Positions 18,407 to 27,353 of a stretch of DNA of 64,000 nt are shown here, piece by piece. The notes beneath the pieces were generated by a model. The model was not told the DNA's origin. It did not search any database and saw nothing but the letters and a program-made list of their open reading frames with translations. The stretch comes from an uncultured Ruminococcus sp. Its GTDB lineage: Bacteria; Bacillota; Clostridia; Oscillospirales; Acutalibacteraceae. Location: contig CACYPH010000004.1 in NCBI GenBank assembly GCA_902776185.1, positions 6,982-70,981 on the forward strand. Reading direction: 5' to 3'. The first letter of the stretch is position 1; each line of letters begins with the position of its first letter. A program made the position numbers and the translations under genes.

Positions 18407-19681
18407 ATGAAAAAGTCAAAAGTGATTCTTGCGATCGCTCTTGCGGTAATACTGCTCGTGACCATTATGAACGCGCCGACGTTTTCGTGGTTCACCCGAC
18501 CGCAGCCCGCTTACGACAAGCTGAATACTTCTGATCAGAGCGGCGAGTACCTTGCACTCACGACAAAGAACTCCTATACCGCGTATAACGGCTATAACTG
18601 CAAGATCGCGACATATGAGTCCACTGACGGCGGTGTGACCTATTCTACGACGGCGACGACAAGCTATAACGGGTCGGATATCAATTCTCATTCCAGAAAG
18701 TATTTCCGCACCACAATCACGAATATGAATTCAAGTTCGGCGCAGAATGTTTCGCTTTATGCAAAAACCCTTTCTATGGATAAAGCCAACAACGGCACCC
18801 TGGCGCTGGGCGTCAACACCCCGACCCGCAGCTACCGCGACTATACCGCGCTTGCACAGCCTTCCGCAAAAATCGACCGCAACTGGATGCGTGTCTATTT
18901 CGAGAAGGATAATAATGTCGAGGGTTGGAGCGGCACGAGCTTTTACATCGTTTGGAGCGAAACGACGCTTAATTCCAACGGTCTCGGCACCGGCAATAAT
19001 TATACCAAGCTGGAACACGTCGGCGGCAGTAACAACCCGAACCAGTACTACGCAGATATCCCGTCAACAGCAAAACAGGCGTTCTTCTGCGTAGAGAACT
19101 TCGGAACAAATAATAATAATTCTCCGAACTGGGGTCAGCGTTCGCAGAACGTTGATCTGGCTCAGCAGGGTCAGACAAAAACTGCCAGCAAGCTGTTTAA
19201 GATCACTTCCACTACGAGTTACAATAACCATGTGGTTGTCACCTATTCGGTCACCGGCAACAATATCTATAAACAGTATTCGCTGATTTCTGTCCCGGTT
19301 GGCAGTACATTCTCTGCCGTACTCGCCAATAATGAATACATCACCGATAATAATACCCAAACAGCTATTTCTCTGGAATACTATTCCAGCAATACGAGTA
19401 TTTTCACTGTTGACCCGTCGTCCGGCTTGATCACTCCGGTAGCTGCCGGCGAAGCAGTCTTGTATACAAAGTCTGTCGGCGGCTCCTATCCCGATACACA
19501 GCAGGTCGAAACGACCGTCAGAGTATCGGCGGCAGGCAAATATGCGTTCTATGACGTTCCGATCGTCAAGAATATCCTGATCCCCGCGGCGGGCGAAGTC
19601 AATGTAGATTGGTATGTGATCAACAACTCCGATACCACTAAGCTCTCCTATGAGATCGACCAGATCTACCTCGGCATGTGA
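18407..19681 (+). CDS. SipW-signal-peptide protein with CBM26-like and Ig-like (Big_2) modules
   Basis: PTFSWFT; RVYFEKD...W...FYIVW...YYADIP; YSSNTSIFTVDPSSGLITPVAAGEAVL. Confidence 0.65.
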   Translation: MKKSKVILAIALAVILLVTIMNAPTFSWFTRPQPAYDKLNTSDQSGEYLALTTKNSYTAYNGYNCKIATYESTDGGVTYSTTATTSYNGSDINSHSRKYFRTTITNMNSSSAQNVSLYAKTLSMDKANNGTLALGVNTPTRSYRDYTALAQPSAKIDRNWMRVYFEKDNNVEGWSGTSFYIVWSETTLNSNGLGTGNNYTKLEHVGGSNNPNQYYADIPSTAKQAFFCVENFGTNNNNSPNWGQRSQNVDLAQQGQTKTASKLFKITSTTSYNNHVVVTYSVTGNNIYKQYSLISVPVGSTFSAVLANNEYITDNNTQTAISLEYYSSNTSIFTVDPSSGLITPVAAGEAVLYTKSVGGSYPDTQQVETTVRVSAAGKYAFYDVPIVKNILIPAAGEVNVDWYVINNSDTTKLSYEIDQIYLGM

Positions 19682-19709
19682 TCATATCTGCAAAATAAAA
19701 TGATTTATC

Positions 19710-19746
19710 AAAAAGGGTTGTTTTTACAGCCCTTTTTTATTATACT
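19710..19746 (+). promoter_or_regulatory. Terminator hairpin overlapping a sigma-A-like promoter
   Basis: Hairpin aaaagggttgt-tttt-acagccctttttt; TTGTTT(19718)-N17-TATACT(19741). Confidence 0.55.
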
Positions 19747-19773
19747 GAATGACAGACCAACCAATGGAGTTTT

Positions 19774-20505
19774 TTGATGATTAAGCTCAAACAATTTATA
19801 AAAGAGATTCTGGGCGAAGAAAATACCGCAAAGTTAAAAAAAGCACTGCCCACCATCCGTCTTGTTAAAAATATCGTTTGCTGGACGCTGATCGTGTTAT
19901 TCACTCTAGCGATTATCACCTTTATGATCACACGTATCAGCGGCGGCACGCCGTCTTTTTTCGGGTATTCTCTGCATCGAATCGTTTCCGGCAGTATGGA
20001 GCCCGAACTTGAGATCAACGAAGTTATCCTGAATAAGGATATCGGTGATGCGTCTGAGATAGCTGTCGGTGATATCGTGACGTTTCAAGGCGGCGAAAAA
20101 TTCGGCAACCATGAGGTGACCCACCGCGTTTTGTCGGCGCCGTACGAAAACACCTCCGGCGACACAGTCATTGTCACTAAGGGTGATGCGAATGACGTCG
20201 ATGACGGAGAGATCGACGTCCGAAACGTCAAGTCAAAGAATATCGCTAAGCTCCCGCTGATTAAAAATATCTACAATTTTTTCTTCTCTGTATGGGGACT
20301 GGCTTTATTTATCTTTCTCTTGCTGTTAATTTTTATTGATGAGATCATCAATATTTTCAAACTTAGCTCGGCACGCGTCGAGCAGGAAGAACCGGAATCG
20401 TTTATGGAAACGATGAAAAGGATCGAACACGAGGAACGCGAAAAAGAAAAACGCATCGTAAAAAGCAGAAAAATGAAGAAGGTGAAGAAACGTAAAAAGC
20501 GCTGA
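19774..20505 (+). CDS. sipW: Signal peptidase I, SipW type, paralogue 2
   Basis: IVSGSMEP, VGDIVTF, VTHRV, TKGDAN; N- and C-terminal TM segments; basic tail. Confidence 0.88.
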   Translation: MMIKLKQFIKEILGEENTAKLKKALPTIRLVKNIVCWTLIVLFTLAIITFMITRISGGTPSFFGYSLHRIVSGSMEPELEINEVILNKDIGDASEIAVGDIVTFQGGEKFGNHEVTHRVLSAPYENTSGDTVIVTKGDANDVDDGEIDVRNVKSKNIAKLPLIKNIYNFFFSVWGLALFIFLLLLIFIDEIINIFKLSSARVEQEEPESFMETMKRIEHEEREKEKRIVKSRKMKKVKKRKKR

Positions 20506-20591
20506 TAATCACGCCGTAAATATCCGAAACGAGTTGTTTTCACAGCCTTTTTTGATTATAATAATAGTATCATTTTATCGAGGTTTTCCCT

Positions 20592-21512
20592 TTGAAAAAA
20601 AAAGAAACACAAAAGTCGACGCCTTCAAAAAAGAATAAACAAAAGAAAAGTTCCAAACAGCCTCCGCAGAATAAAAAGCGTTTGAATAACAAGGTCCTGA
20701 AAGCGAAAGAGATTATCTTAAGAAATCGCGAAGCCTTATCCGGCGAAGGTTCATTCTCTGCGGACGAGCAAAAAAAGCAGAAACGCAAGAAGATCTTTCG
20801 TATTATCCGAAAGAGTGTTTGCTGGGTATTGCTTGCCATACTGGCTATGGCACTGGTGTTCTTTGTCCTGATCCGGGCTAACGGCGGTACTCCGACCGTA
20901 TTCGGCTATTCTATCCAGCGTGTGACCTCCGGAAGTATGATTCCGACCCTTGAGATAGGCGATATCTTCATCAGTAAATCGGTTCAATCGCCCGATGAAG
21001 TTGAGGTCGGAGATATCATCACCTTTACGGACAGTCCCGATTATGGTAGTAAAAACGTGACACATCGTATCGTTAAGGGTCCCTACAAAACCATAGATGG
21101 CGATTATTATCTGGTGACCCGGGGCGACGCCAATAATACCGACGATACAAAGATTTCATTTTCCAATGTAAAATCCAAGTTTTTGTCAAAGATGGATTTT
21201 TTGAACAAAGCCTACGATTTTTTCCTTTCTCCCGCCGGGTTGCTGATATTTTTCGCAGTGCTCATTTTGATATACTTTGATGAATTGCTGACATTCGCAA
21301 AGGTCTTGACCGGACTATATAACCCGGAAGATGATGAAGAATACCGCGAAGAGATAGAACAAGAACGACAGGAAGAAGAAAAACGTCGTAAAGAAGAGGA
21401 ACTGCGCGCTTATAAACGCAAGAACTGGCGAAAATACGACAACACCTCTAAAAAGAAGAAAAAGAATCGCAAGAAAAACAAGAAAAAAGTAAAACAAGAC
21501 CGTTTTATTTAA
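20592..21512 (+). CDS. sipW: Signal peptidase I, SipW type, paralogue 3
   Basis: VTSGSMIPT, VGDIITF, VTHRI, TRGDAN; Lys-rich termini; start codon uncertain. Confidence 0.88.
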   Translation: MKKKETQKSTPSKKNKQKKSSKQPPQNKKRLNNKVLKAKEIILRNREALSGEGSFSADEQKKQKRKKIFRIIRKSVCWVLLAILAMALVFFVLIRANGGTPTVFGYSIQRVTSGSMIPTLEIGDIFISKSVQSPDEVEVGDIITFTDSPDYGSKNVTHRIVKGPYKTIDGDYYLVTRGDANNTDDTKISFSNVKSKFLSKMDFLNKAYDFFLSPAGLLIFFAVLILIYFDELLTFAKVLTGLYNPEDDEEYREEIEQERQEEEKRRKEEELRAYKRKNWRKYDNTSKKKKKNRKKNKKKVKQDRFI

Positions 21513-21554
21513 CCAGATTTTGAATCATGACCTATTGGTCAAAGAGCAGAGTGA

Positions 21555-22205
21555 ATGCCTATGGCAAAAAAAGTATTGAATATTATCACGACCGTTATTC
21601 TGGTTTTGCTGATCGCACTTTTGATTTTTATGTTTTATGCGCGGGCATCAGGACATACTGTATCGTTTTTCGGATTCAGTTTTTTCCGTGTTTCGTCTGC
21701 TTCAATGGAGCCTACGCTGATGACGGGAGATATTATCCTTGTTCAGAAAACATCCGTCACAAATATCCATAAAAATGATATTGTATCCTACAGAGGGGAT
21801 GAGGGCGAGATGGACGGCAAGGTTGTTACCCACCGCGTGATAACGGAACCCGAGAACGATAACGGTACATGGTTTTTACAGACGCAAGGCGACGCAGATG
21901 GCACAGTACCCGATCCGAAGATAACATCCGATCAATTGGTCGGAAAATATCTTGTAACGATACCTCTGTTAGGTTATCTATACTCGTTCTTTTTGACGCC
22001 GGTCGGACTTGTGACGATAGTAAGCATCATTCTGATATTGTTCGGCTATGAAATGATCTCTCTGCTGGTTTCATATAAATCGATCGATAAGCTCGGCGTT
22101 GAGCTGGAAGAAGAATTACGAGCATCCGAAGTAGAAAAAGCAAAAAGAGAGATGAATCAAAAAGGAATCTCGAAAGAAAACGAAGAATCAGGATTATCTG
22201 ATTAA
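21555..22205 (+). CDS. sipW: Signal peptidase I, SipW type, paralogue 4
   Basis: VSSASMEPT, NDIVSY, VTHRV, TQGDAD. Confidence 0.88.
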   Translation: MPMAKKVLNIITTVILVLLIALLIFMFYARASGHTVSFFGFSFFRVSSASMEPTLMTGDIILVQKTSVTNIHKNDIVSYRGDEGEMDGKVVTHRVITEPENDNGTWFLQTQGDADGTVPDPKITSDQLVGKYLVTIPLLGYLYSFFLTPVGLVTIVSIILILFGYEMISLLVSYKSIDKLGVELEEELRASEVEKAKREMNQKGISKENEESGLSD

Positions 22206-22222
22206 GCGAATTTTTACGTTTC

Positions 22223-22248
22223 AAAACGCTCCCATTGGGAGCGTTTTT
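22223..22248 (+). terminator. Intrinsic terminator ending the SipW locus
   Basis: aaaacgctccca-t-tgggagcgttttt. Confidence 0.75.
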
Positions 22249-22319
22249 GTTTAAGTGTGATTTATTATTTCAAATTAGAATTATTCGCAAATATGTTCGT
22301 TAAAATTCTGTCATAAAAC

Positions 22320-22348
22320 TTGAATCCCACTACAATTTGTGCTAAAAT
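22320..22348 (+). promoter_or_regulatory. Sigma-A-type promoter for radC-uvrB
   Basis: TTGAAT-N17-TAAAAT with extended -10 TG. Confidence 0.5.
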
Positions 22349-22442
22349 ATCTCTAAAATGGCTATATATGGGGTTTTCTGCGATAAAAAATGAAAAATCG
22401 CATGAAAACAGCTTTGTTGAATCAGACCGAAAGGGGTATACT

Positions 22443-23126
22443 ATGCAGAAGGCCGATCACAGCGGTCACCGCGCACGCATGAGAGAAAAATATCTGAAAA
22501 GCGGTCTGGATGTCTTTGCGCCTCACGAGATTCTGGAGCTGCTGCTGTTTTATGCAATCCCCTACAAGAACACGAATGATATCGCCAAGAACCTGATCAG
22601 CCGTTTTGGCTCGCTTGACGGCGTGCTGGACGCGCCGGTCGATTCGCTGGTTGAAGCAGGACTCACCGAGAATCAGGCGGTTTACCTCAAGCTCTATCCC
22701 GACGTTACCCGCATGTACTACCGCGCGAAGTACGATCCGGACCATGGACCGATCAATTATGACGATCTGCCCGATTATATCCTGCGCCGATATATCGGCA
22801 TCACCTCGCAGGAACATGTTCTGCTGATCCTGCTGGACACCAAGAGCAGAGAAGTATTCAGCGGCTTTATCAGCGACGGCAACTTTGAGTCGACGCGGCT
22901 GTCTATGCGCAGTATTGTTCGCCTGGCAATGAACTACGGTGCGTCCTACGCGATCCTCGCCCATAATCACCCGAGCGGTGTTGCACTGCCGTCGCCGGAG
23001 GATGTGCGAACGACCTTATTGCTTCGCGAAGCACTGGCGCTGGTCGATGTTGATCTGATCGACCACTTTATCGTAGCGAATGAGGAGTGTGTTTCTTTCG
23101 CACAGTCCGGCATGATGAAAGACTAA
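22443..23126 (+). CDS. radC: RadC family JAB-domain protein
   Basis: HSGHRARMRE, HEILELLL, and JAB motif AHNHPSG...S.ED...DH. Confidence 0.9.
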   Translation: MQKADHSGHRARMREKYLKSGLDVFAPHEILELLLFYAIPYKNTNDIAKNLISRFGSLDGVLDAPVDSLVEAGLTENQAVYLKLYPDVTRMYYRAKYDPDHGPINYDDLPDYILRRYIGITSQEHVLLILLDTKSREVFSGFISDGNFESTRLSMRSIVRLAMNYGASYAILAHNHPSGVALPSPEDVRTTLLLREALALVDVDLIDHFIVANEECVSFAQSGMMKD

Positions 23127-23146
23127 ACCGATTAGGATGGATATAG

Positions 23147-25108
23147 TTGGATCATTTTAAACTGGTATCTGAATACAAGCCTACCGGCGATCAGCCGCAG
23201 GCGATAAAACAGCTTGTCGACAGCATCAAGGCGGGGAACAGGGAACAGACCCTTCTGGGCGTGACCGGCTCCGGCAAGACCTTCACCATGGCGAATATCA
23301 TCGAGCAGGTGAACCGACCGACGTTGGTGCTTGCCCATAACAAAACACTTGCGGCACAGCTATGCTCTGAGTTTAAAGAGTTTTTTCCCGAGAACGCGGT
23401 CGAGTATTTTGTATCTTATTACGATTATTATCAGCCCGAGGCATATATCCCTCAGAGCGACACCTATATTGAAAAGGATTCCGCGATCAACGACGAGATC
23501 GACAAGCTGCGCCACAGTGCGACTTTAGCGCTGTCCGAGCGCAGGGACGTTATCATAGTTGCGTCTGTATCCTGCATCTACTCGCTCGGCGATCCGATCG
23601 ATTACCGCAACATGGTCATCTCCCTGCGGCCCGGCATGGAGAAGAGCCGCGACGATCTGATCCGCAAGCTCGTTGAATTGCAGTATGAGCGCAATGATAT
23701 CAACTTTATCCGCGACAAATTCCGTGTGCGCGGCGATATCGTCGAGATCTTCCCGGCGGCGTCATCCGACCGTATTATCCGCGTCGAATTCTTCGGCGAC
23801 GAGATCGACCGCATCACCGAGATCAATCCCCTGACAGGCGAGCTGCTCGCGAACCTGCGCCATGCGGCAATCTATCCCGCATCGCACTACATCGTTGACG
23901 GCGACAAGATGTCCCGCGCGCTGGATGAACTCGAGCGCGAATTGCAGGAGCGGTTGGAATTCTTCCGCTCACAGGGCAAGCTGCTCGAGGCACAGCGCAT
24001 CGAACAGCGCACGCATTATGATATGGAAATGCTGCAGGAGATCGGCATGTGCCCCGGCGTCGAGAACTACTCGCGCGTTTTGTCCGGCAGAGCGCCCGGC
24101 TCAGCGCCGTTTACGCTTCTTGATTATTTCCCGAAGGATTTCTTGCTTTTTGTGGACGAAAGCCACGTTACCTTGCCGCAGGTGCGCGGGATGTACGGCG
24201 GCGATCATGCCCGCAAAAAGAGCCTGATCGACTTTGGCTTCCGTTTACCGTCCGCCTACGATAACCGTCCGCTGAACTTCGACGAGTTTTACGAGCGGCT
24301 GAATCAGGCGGTGTTTGTCAGCGCGACGCCCGGCGATCTGGAACTTGAGAAAAGCGCCGTCGTCGCCGAGCAGATCATCCGTCCGACAGGATTGCTCGAT
24401 CCGGAGATCTCCGTCCGCCCAACCGAGGGACAGCTTGACGACCTGATCTCCGAGATCAATACGCGCGTAGAGAAAAACCAGCGCGTCCTTGTCACGACCC
24501 TCACCAAAAAGATGGCGGAGGACTTGACCGAGTATCTCGAGAGCATGGATATCAAGGTGCGCTATATGCACCACGATATCGACACTGTGCGCCGCATGGA
24601 GATCGTCCGCGACCTGCGCCTGCAGAAGTTCGACGTTCTCGTCGGCATCAACCTGCTGCGCGAGGGTCTGGATATCCCCGAGGTATCGCTCGTCGCGATT
24701 CTCGACGCCGATAAAGAAGGCTTCCTCAGATCCGAGCGCTCGCTGATCCAGACGGTCGGCAGAGCCGCGCGTAATGCCGACGGTATGGTCATCATGTACG
24801 CCGATTCGGTGACCGAGTCGATGAAGAATACCATCGTTGAGACCGAGCGCCGCCGCACAATCCAGAAGCAGTATAACGAAGAGCACGGTATCGTGCCGCA
24901 GACCATCGTCAAGAAGGTCAACGATATCATCGAGATCTCGACCCATACGGACGAAGAGATGGAACACGTCGGCAGACTGCCGCGCGCAGAGCGTCAGGAG
25001 CTGATCAAACAGCTGACCAAGGAGATGCAGGCGGCGTCAAAGCTGCTTGAATTCGAACACGCAGCGTTCCTGCGCGACCAGATCAAAAAGCTCAAAGGTT
25101 TGCATTAG
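23147..25108 (+). CDS. uvrB: Excinuclease ABC subunit B
   Basis: [32 protein letters not shown]-terminal UVR domain. Confidence 0.98.
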   Translation: MDHFKLVSEYKPTGDQPQAIKQLVDSIKAGNREQTLLGVTGSGKTFTMANIIEQVNRPTLVLAHNKTLAAQLCSEFKEFFPENAVEYFVSYYDYYQPEAYIPQSDTYIEKDSAINDEIDKLRHSATLALSERRDVIIVASVSCIYSLGDPIDYRNMVISLRPGMEKSRDDLIRKLVELQYERNDINFIRDKFRVRGDIVEIFPAASSDRIIRVEFFGDEIDRITEINPLTGELLANLRHAAIYPASHYIVDGDKMSRALDELERELQERLEFFRSQGKLLEAQRIEQRTHYDMEMLQEIGMCPGVENYSRVLSGRAPGSAPFTLLDYFPKDFLLFVDESHVTLPQVRGMYGGDHARKKSLIDFGFRLPSAYDNRPLNFDEFYERLNQAVFVSATPGDLELEKSAVVAEQIIRPTGLLDPEISVRPTEGQLDDLISEINTRVEKNQRVLVTTLTKKMAEDLTEYLESMDIKVRYMHHDIDTVRRMEIVRDLRLQKFDVLVGINLLREGLDIPEVSLVAILDADKEGFLRSERSLIQTVGRAARNADGMVIMYADSVTESMKNTIVETERRRTIQKQYNEEHGIVPQTIVKKVNDIIEISTHTDEEMEHVGRLPRAERQELIKQLTKEMQAASKLLEFEHAAFLRDQIKKLKGLH

Positions 25109-25155
25109 GCTCCCTTTGGTAAAGGGAGCTGTCGCCTATGGCGACTGAGGAATTG
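25108..25155 (+). repeat. REP-like repeat, family A
   Basis: ggctccctttggtaaagggagctgtcgcctatggcgactgaggaattg. Confidence 0.85.
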
Positions 25156-25220
25156 TACAAATGGAGCAAAGCGACCAACCATATTTAATGAAGGTTTCTC
25201 GCTCTGCTCGAACAATTATG

Positions 25221-25268
25221 CAATTCCTCCGTCAGCTTCGCTGACACCTCCCTTTGCCAAAGGGAGGC
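25221..25268 (-). repeat. REP-like repeat, family A (inverted copy)
   Basis: Reverse complement is gcctccctttggcaaagggaggtgtcagcgaagctgacggaggaattg. Confidence 0.8.
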
Positions 25269-25283
25269 GAAAGGAGAATTATA

Positions 25284-27278
25284 ATGGCAAAAAAGAAACC
25301 GCAATATAACGACGAGAGTATCAGCTCCTTAAAAGGTGCAGACCGTGTCCGCAAACGTCCTGCCGTCATCTTCGGCTCGGACGGTATCGAGGGCTGTCAG
25401 CACAGTGTGTTTGAGATCCTTTCGAACTCTATCGACGAAGCCCGCGAGGGTTACGGCAAGGAGATCGTCCTGACCACTTACGCCGACGGCTCGATCGAGA
25501 TCGAGGACCACGGACGCGGTATTCCCGTCGACTATAATAAGAACGAAGAGGAATATAACTGGAAGCTCCTGTTCTGCGAGATGTACGCAGGCGGCAAGTA
25601 TAATAATAACAACGACTCAAACTACGAGTTTTCCCTCGGCTTGAACGGTCTCGGCCTGTGCGCGACCCAATGCGCATCCGAGTACATGGACGCGGAGATC
25701 AAGCGTGATAAAAAGAAGTATTCTTTGCATTTTGAGAAGGGCGAGAATATCGGTGGACTGACGTCTGTCGATTATAACGGCCGCGATACCGGATCAAAAA
25801 TCCGCTGGAAACCCGACCTCGAAGTTTTTACCGACATCAAAATGTCGCCCGAATTCTTTACCGAAATGATCCGCCGTCAGGCGATCGTCAACCCCGGTAT
25901 CAAATTCATCTTCCGTCAGCAGGCGGGACGTTCCTTTGAGGTCGAGGAATTCTACTATGAAAACGGTATTTCCGACCACGTCGGCGAGCTGATCGGCGAA
26001 GACGGTTTTACCACCGTCCAGAGCTGGAGCGGCGAGCGTATGTGCCGTGACCGCGACGATAAGGACGAGTACAAGTGTAAGATCAACGTGGCGGTCGCTT
26101 TTTCCAACAAAGTCGCCGTTACGGAATACTACCATAATTCGTCTTGGCTGGAGCACGGCGGCGCGCCCGATAAAGCGGTCCGCAACGCCTTTGTCTACCA
26201 GATCGATAATTATCTCAAACAGCAGAATAAATACAATAAAAATGAAAGCAAGATCAAGTACGACGATGTCGCCGACTGTCTTGTGATCGTCATTTCCTCG
26301 TTCTCGTCCCAGACCTCCTACGCGAACCAGACGAAGCTCGCGATCACCAACAAAGGTATTCAGGATGCGATGACTGAATTTCTGCGTCATCAGCTCGAGG
26401 TCTACTTCATTGAAAATCCCCTTGAGGCGGAGAAGATCGGCAATCAGGTTCTGGTCAATAAACGCTCCCGTGAGAGCGCCGAAAAAACCCGTCAGACCAT
26501 CAAAAAGAACCTGACGGCAAAGATCGACATCACCTCAAAGATCGCAAAGTTCACCGACTGCCGCTCAAAGAATATCGAAGAACGCGAGCTGTTCATCGTA
26601 GAGGGCGACTCCGCTAAGGGTGCGTGCGTTCAGGCGCGCAATCCCGATTTTCAGGCGGTCATGCCCATCCGCGGCAAGATACTCAACTGTCTCAAGGTCG
26701 ATTACGACCGCATTTTCAAGAGCGAGATCATCACCGATCTGATCACGATCCTCGGCTGCGGCGTTCAGGTCGATATGGGGAAGAGCAAGTCGAAAAAGAA
26801 GGATATCAACGCCTTTAATATCGACAACCTCCGCTGGAACAAGGTCATCATCTGTACGGATGCGGACGTCGACGGCTTCCATATCCGCACGATGCTGCTG
26901 ACGATGATCTACCGCCTGACCCCCGACCTGATCAAAGAGGGCAAGGTGTTCATCGCCGAATCCCCGCTCTATGAGATCACCACCAAGGATAAGGTGTATT
27001 TTGCTTATACCGAGGCGGAAAAAGAGAAGTACATCCAGGAGATCGGCAGCAGCAAGTTTACGATCCAGCGCTCAAAGGGCCTCGGTGAAAACGAACCCGA
27101 TATGATGAGCCTGACGACCATGAATCCCGATACCCGCCGCCTGATCAAGGTCATGCCCGACGATGTTGAGCGCACCGCGCATATCTTTGACGTTCTGCTC
27201 GGCGACAACCTGCAGGGCAGAAAGGATTATATCGTCGAATTCGGCGCGAATTATACCGATAACCTTGATGTTTCGTAA
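25284..27278 (+). CDS. Type IIA topoisomerase subunit B (GyrB/ParE-like)
   Basis: EILSNSIDE, DHGRGIP, IVEGDSAKG, PIRGKILN, TDADVDG; AAGGAG RBS before 25284. Confidence 0.93.
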   Translation: MAKKKPQYNDESISSLKGADRVRKRPAVIFGSDGIEGCQHSVFEILSNSIDEAREGYGKEIVLTTYADGSIEIEDHGRGIPVDYNKNEEEYNWKLLFCEMYAGGKYNNNNDSNYEFSLGLNGLGLCATQCASEYMDAEIKRDKKKYSLHFEKGENIGGLTSVDYNGRDTGSKIRWKPDLEVFTDIKMSPEFFTEMIRRQAIVNPGIKFIFRQQAGRSFEVEEFYYENGISDHVGELIGEDGFTTVQSWSGERMCRDRDDKDEYKCKINVAVAFSNKVAVTEYYHNSSWLEHGGAPDKAVRNAFVYQIDNYLKQQNKYNKNESKIKYDDVADCLVIVISSFSSQTSYANQTKLAITNKGIQDAMTEFLRHQLEVYFIENPLEAEKIGNQVLVNKRSRESAEKTRQTIKKNLTAKIDITSKIAKFTDCRSKNIEERELFIVEGDSAKGACVQARNPDFQAVMPIRGKILNCLKVDYDRIFKSEIITDLITILGCGVQVDMGKSKSKKKDINAFNIDNLRWNKVIICTDADVDGFHIRTMLLTMIYRLTPDLIKEGKVFIAESPLYEITTKDKVYFAYTEAEKEKYIQEIGSSKFTIQRSKGLGENEPDMMSLTTMNPDTRRLIKVMPDDVERTAHIFDVLLGDNLQGRKDYIVEFGANYTDNLDVS

Positions 27279-27353
27279 AGATGAATAATGATGAATGATA
27301 GATGATTGATTATGCGGATGTGATGTCCTGCATTTTCATCTAAAGGATATAAT

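Noticed and set aside
3799-19681. Sortase-assembled or type IV pili
   Set aside because: No LPxTG sorting signals, sortase, G|FxxxE prepilin motif, prepilin peptidase or PilB/PilC.
3190-23126. Accessory locus as a prophage/ICE integrated at tRNA-Ser with radC as cargo
   Set aside because: No integrase, relaxase or phage gene and no visible att duplication. The locus lies on the 5' side of the tRNA, and radC is the full-length chromosomal type next to uvrB.
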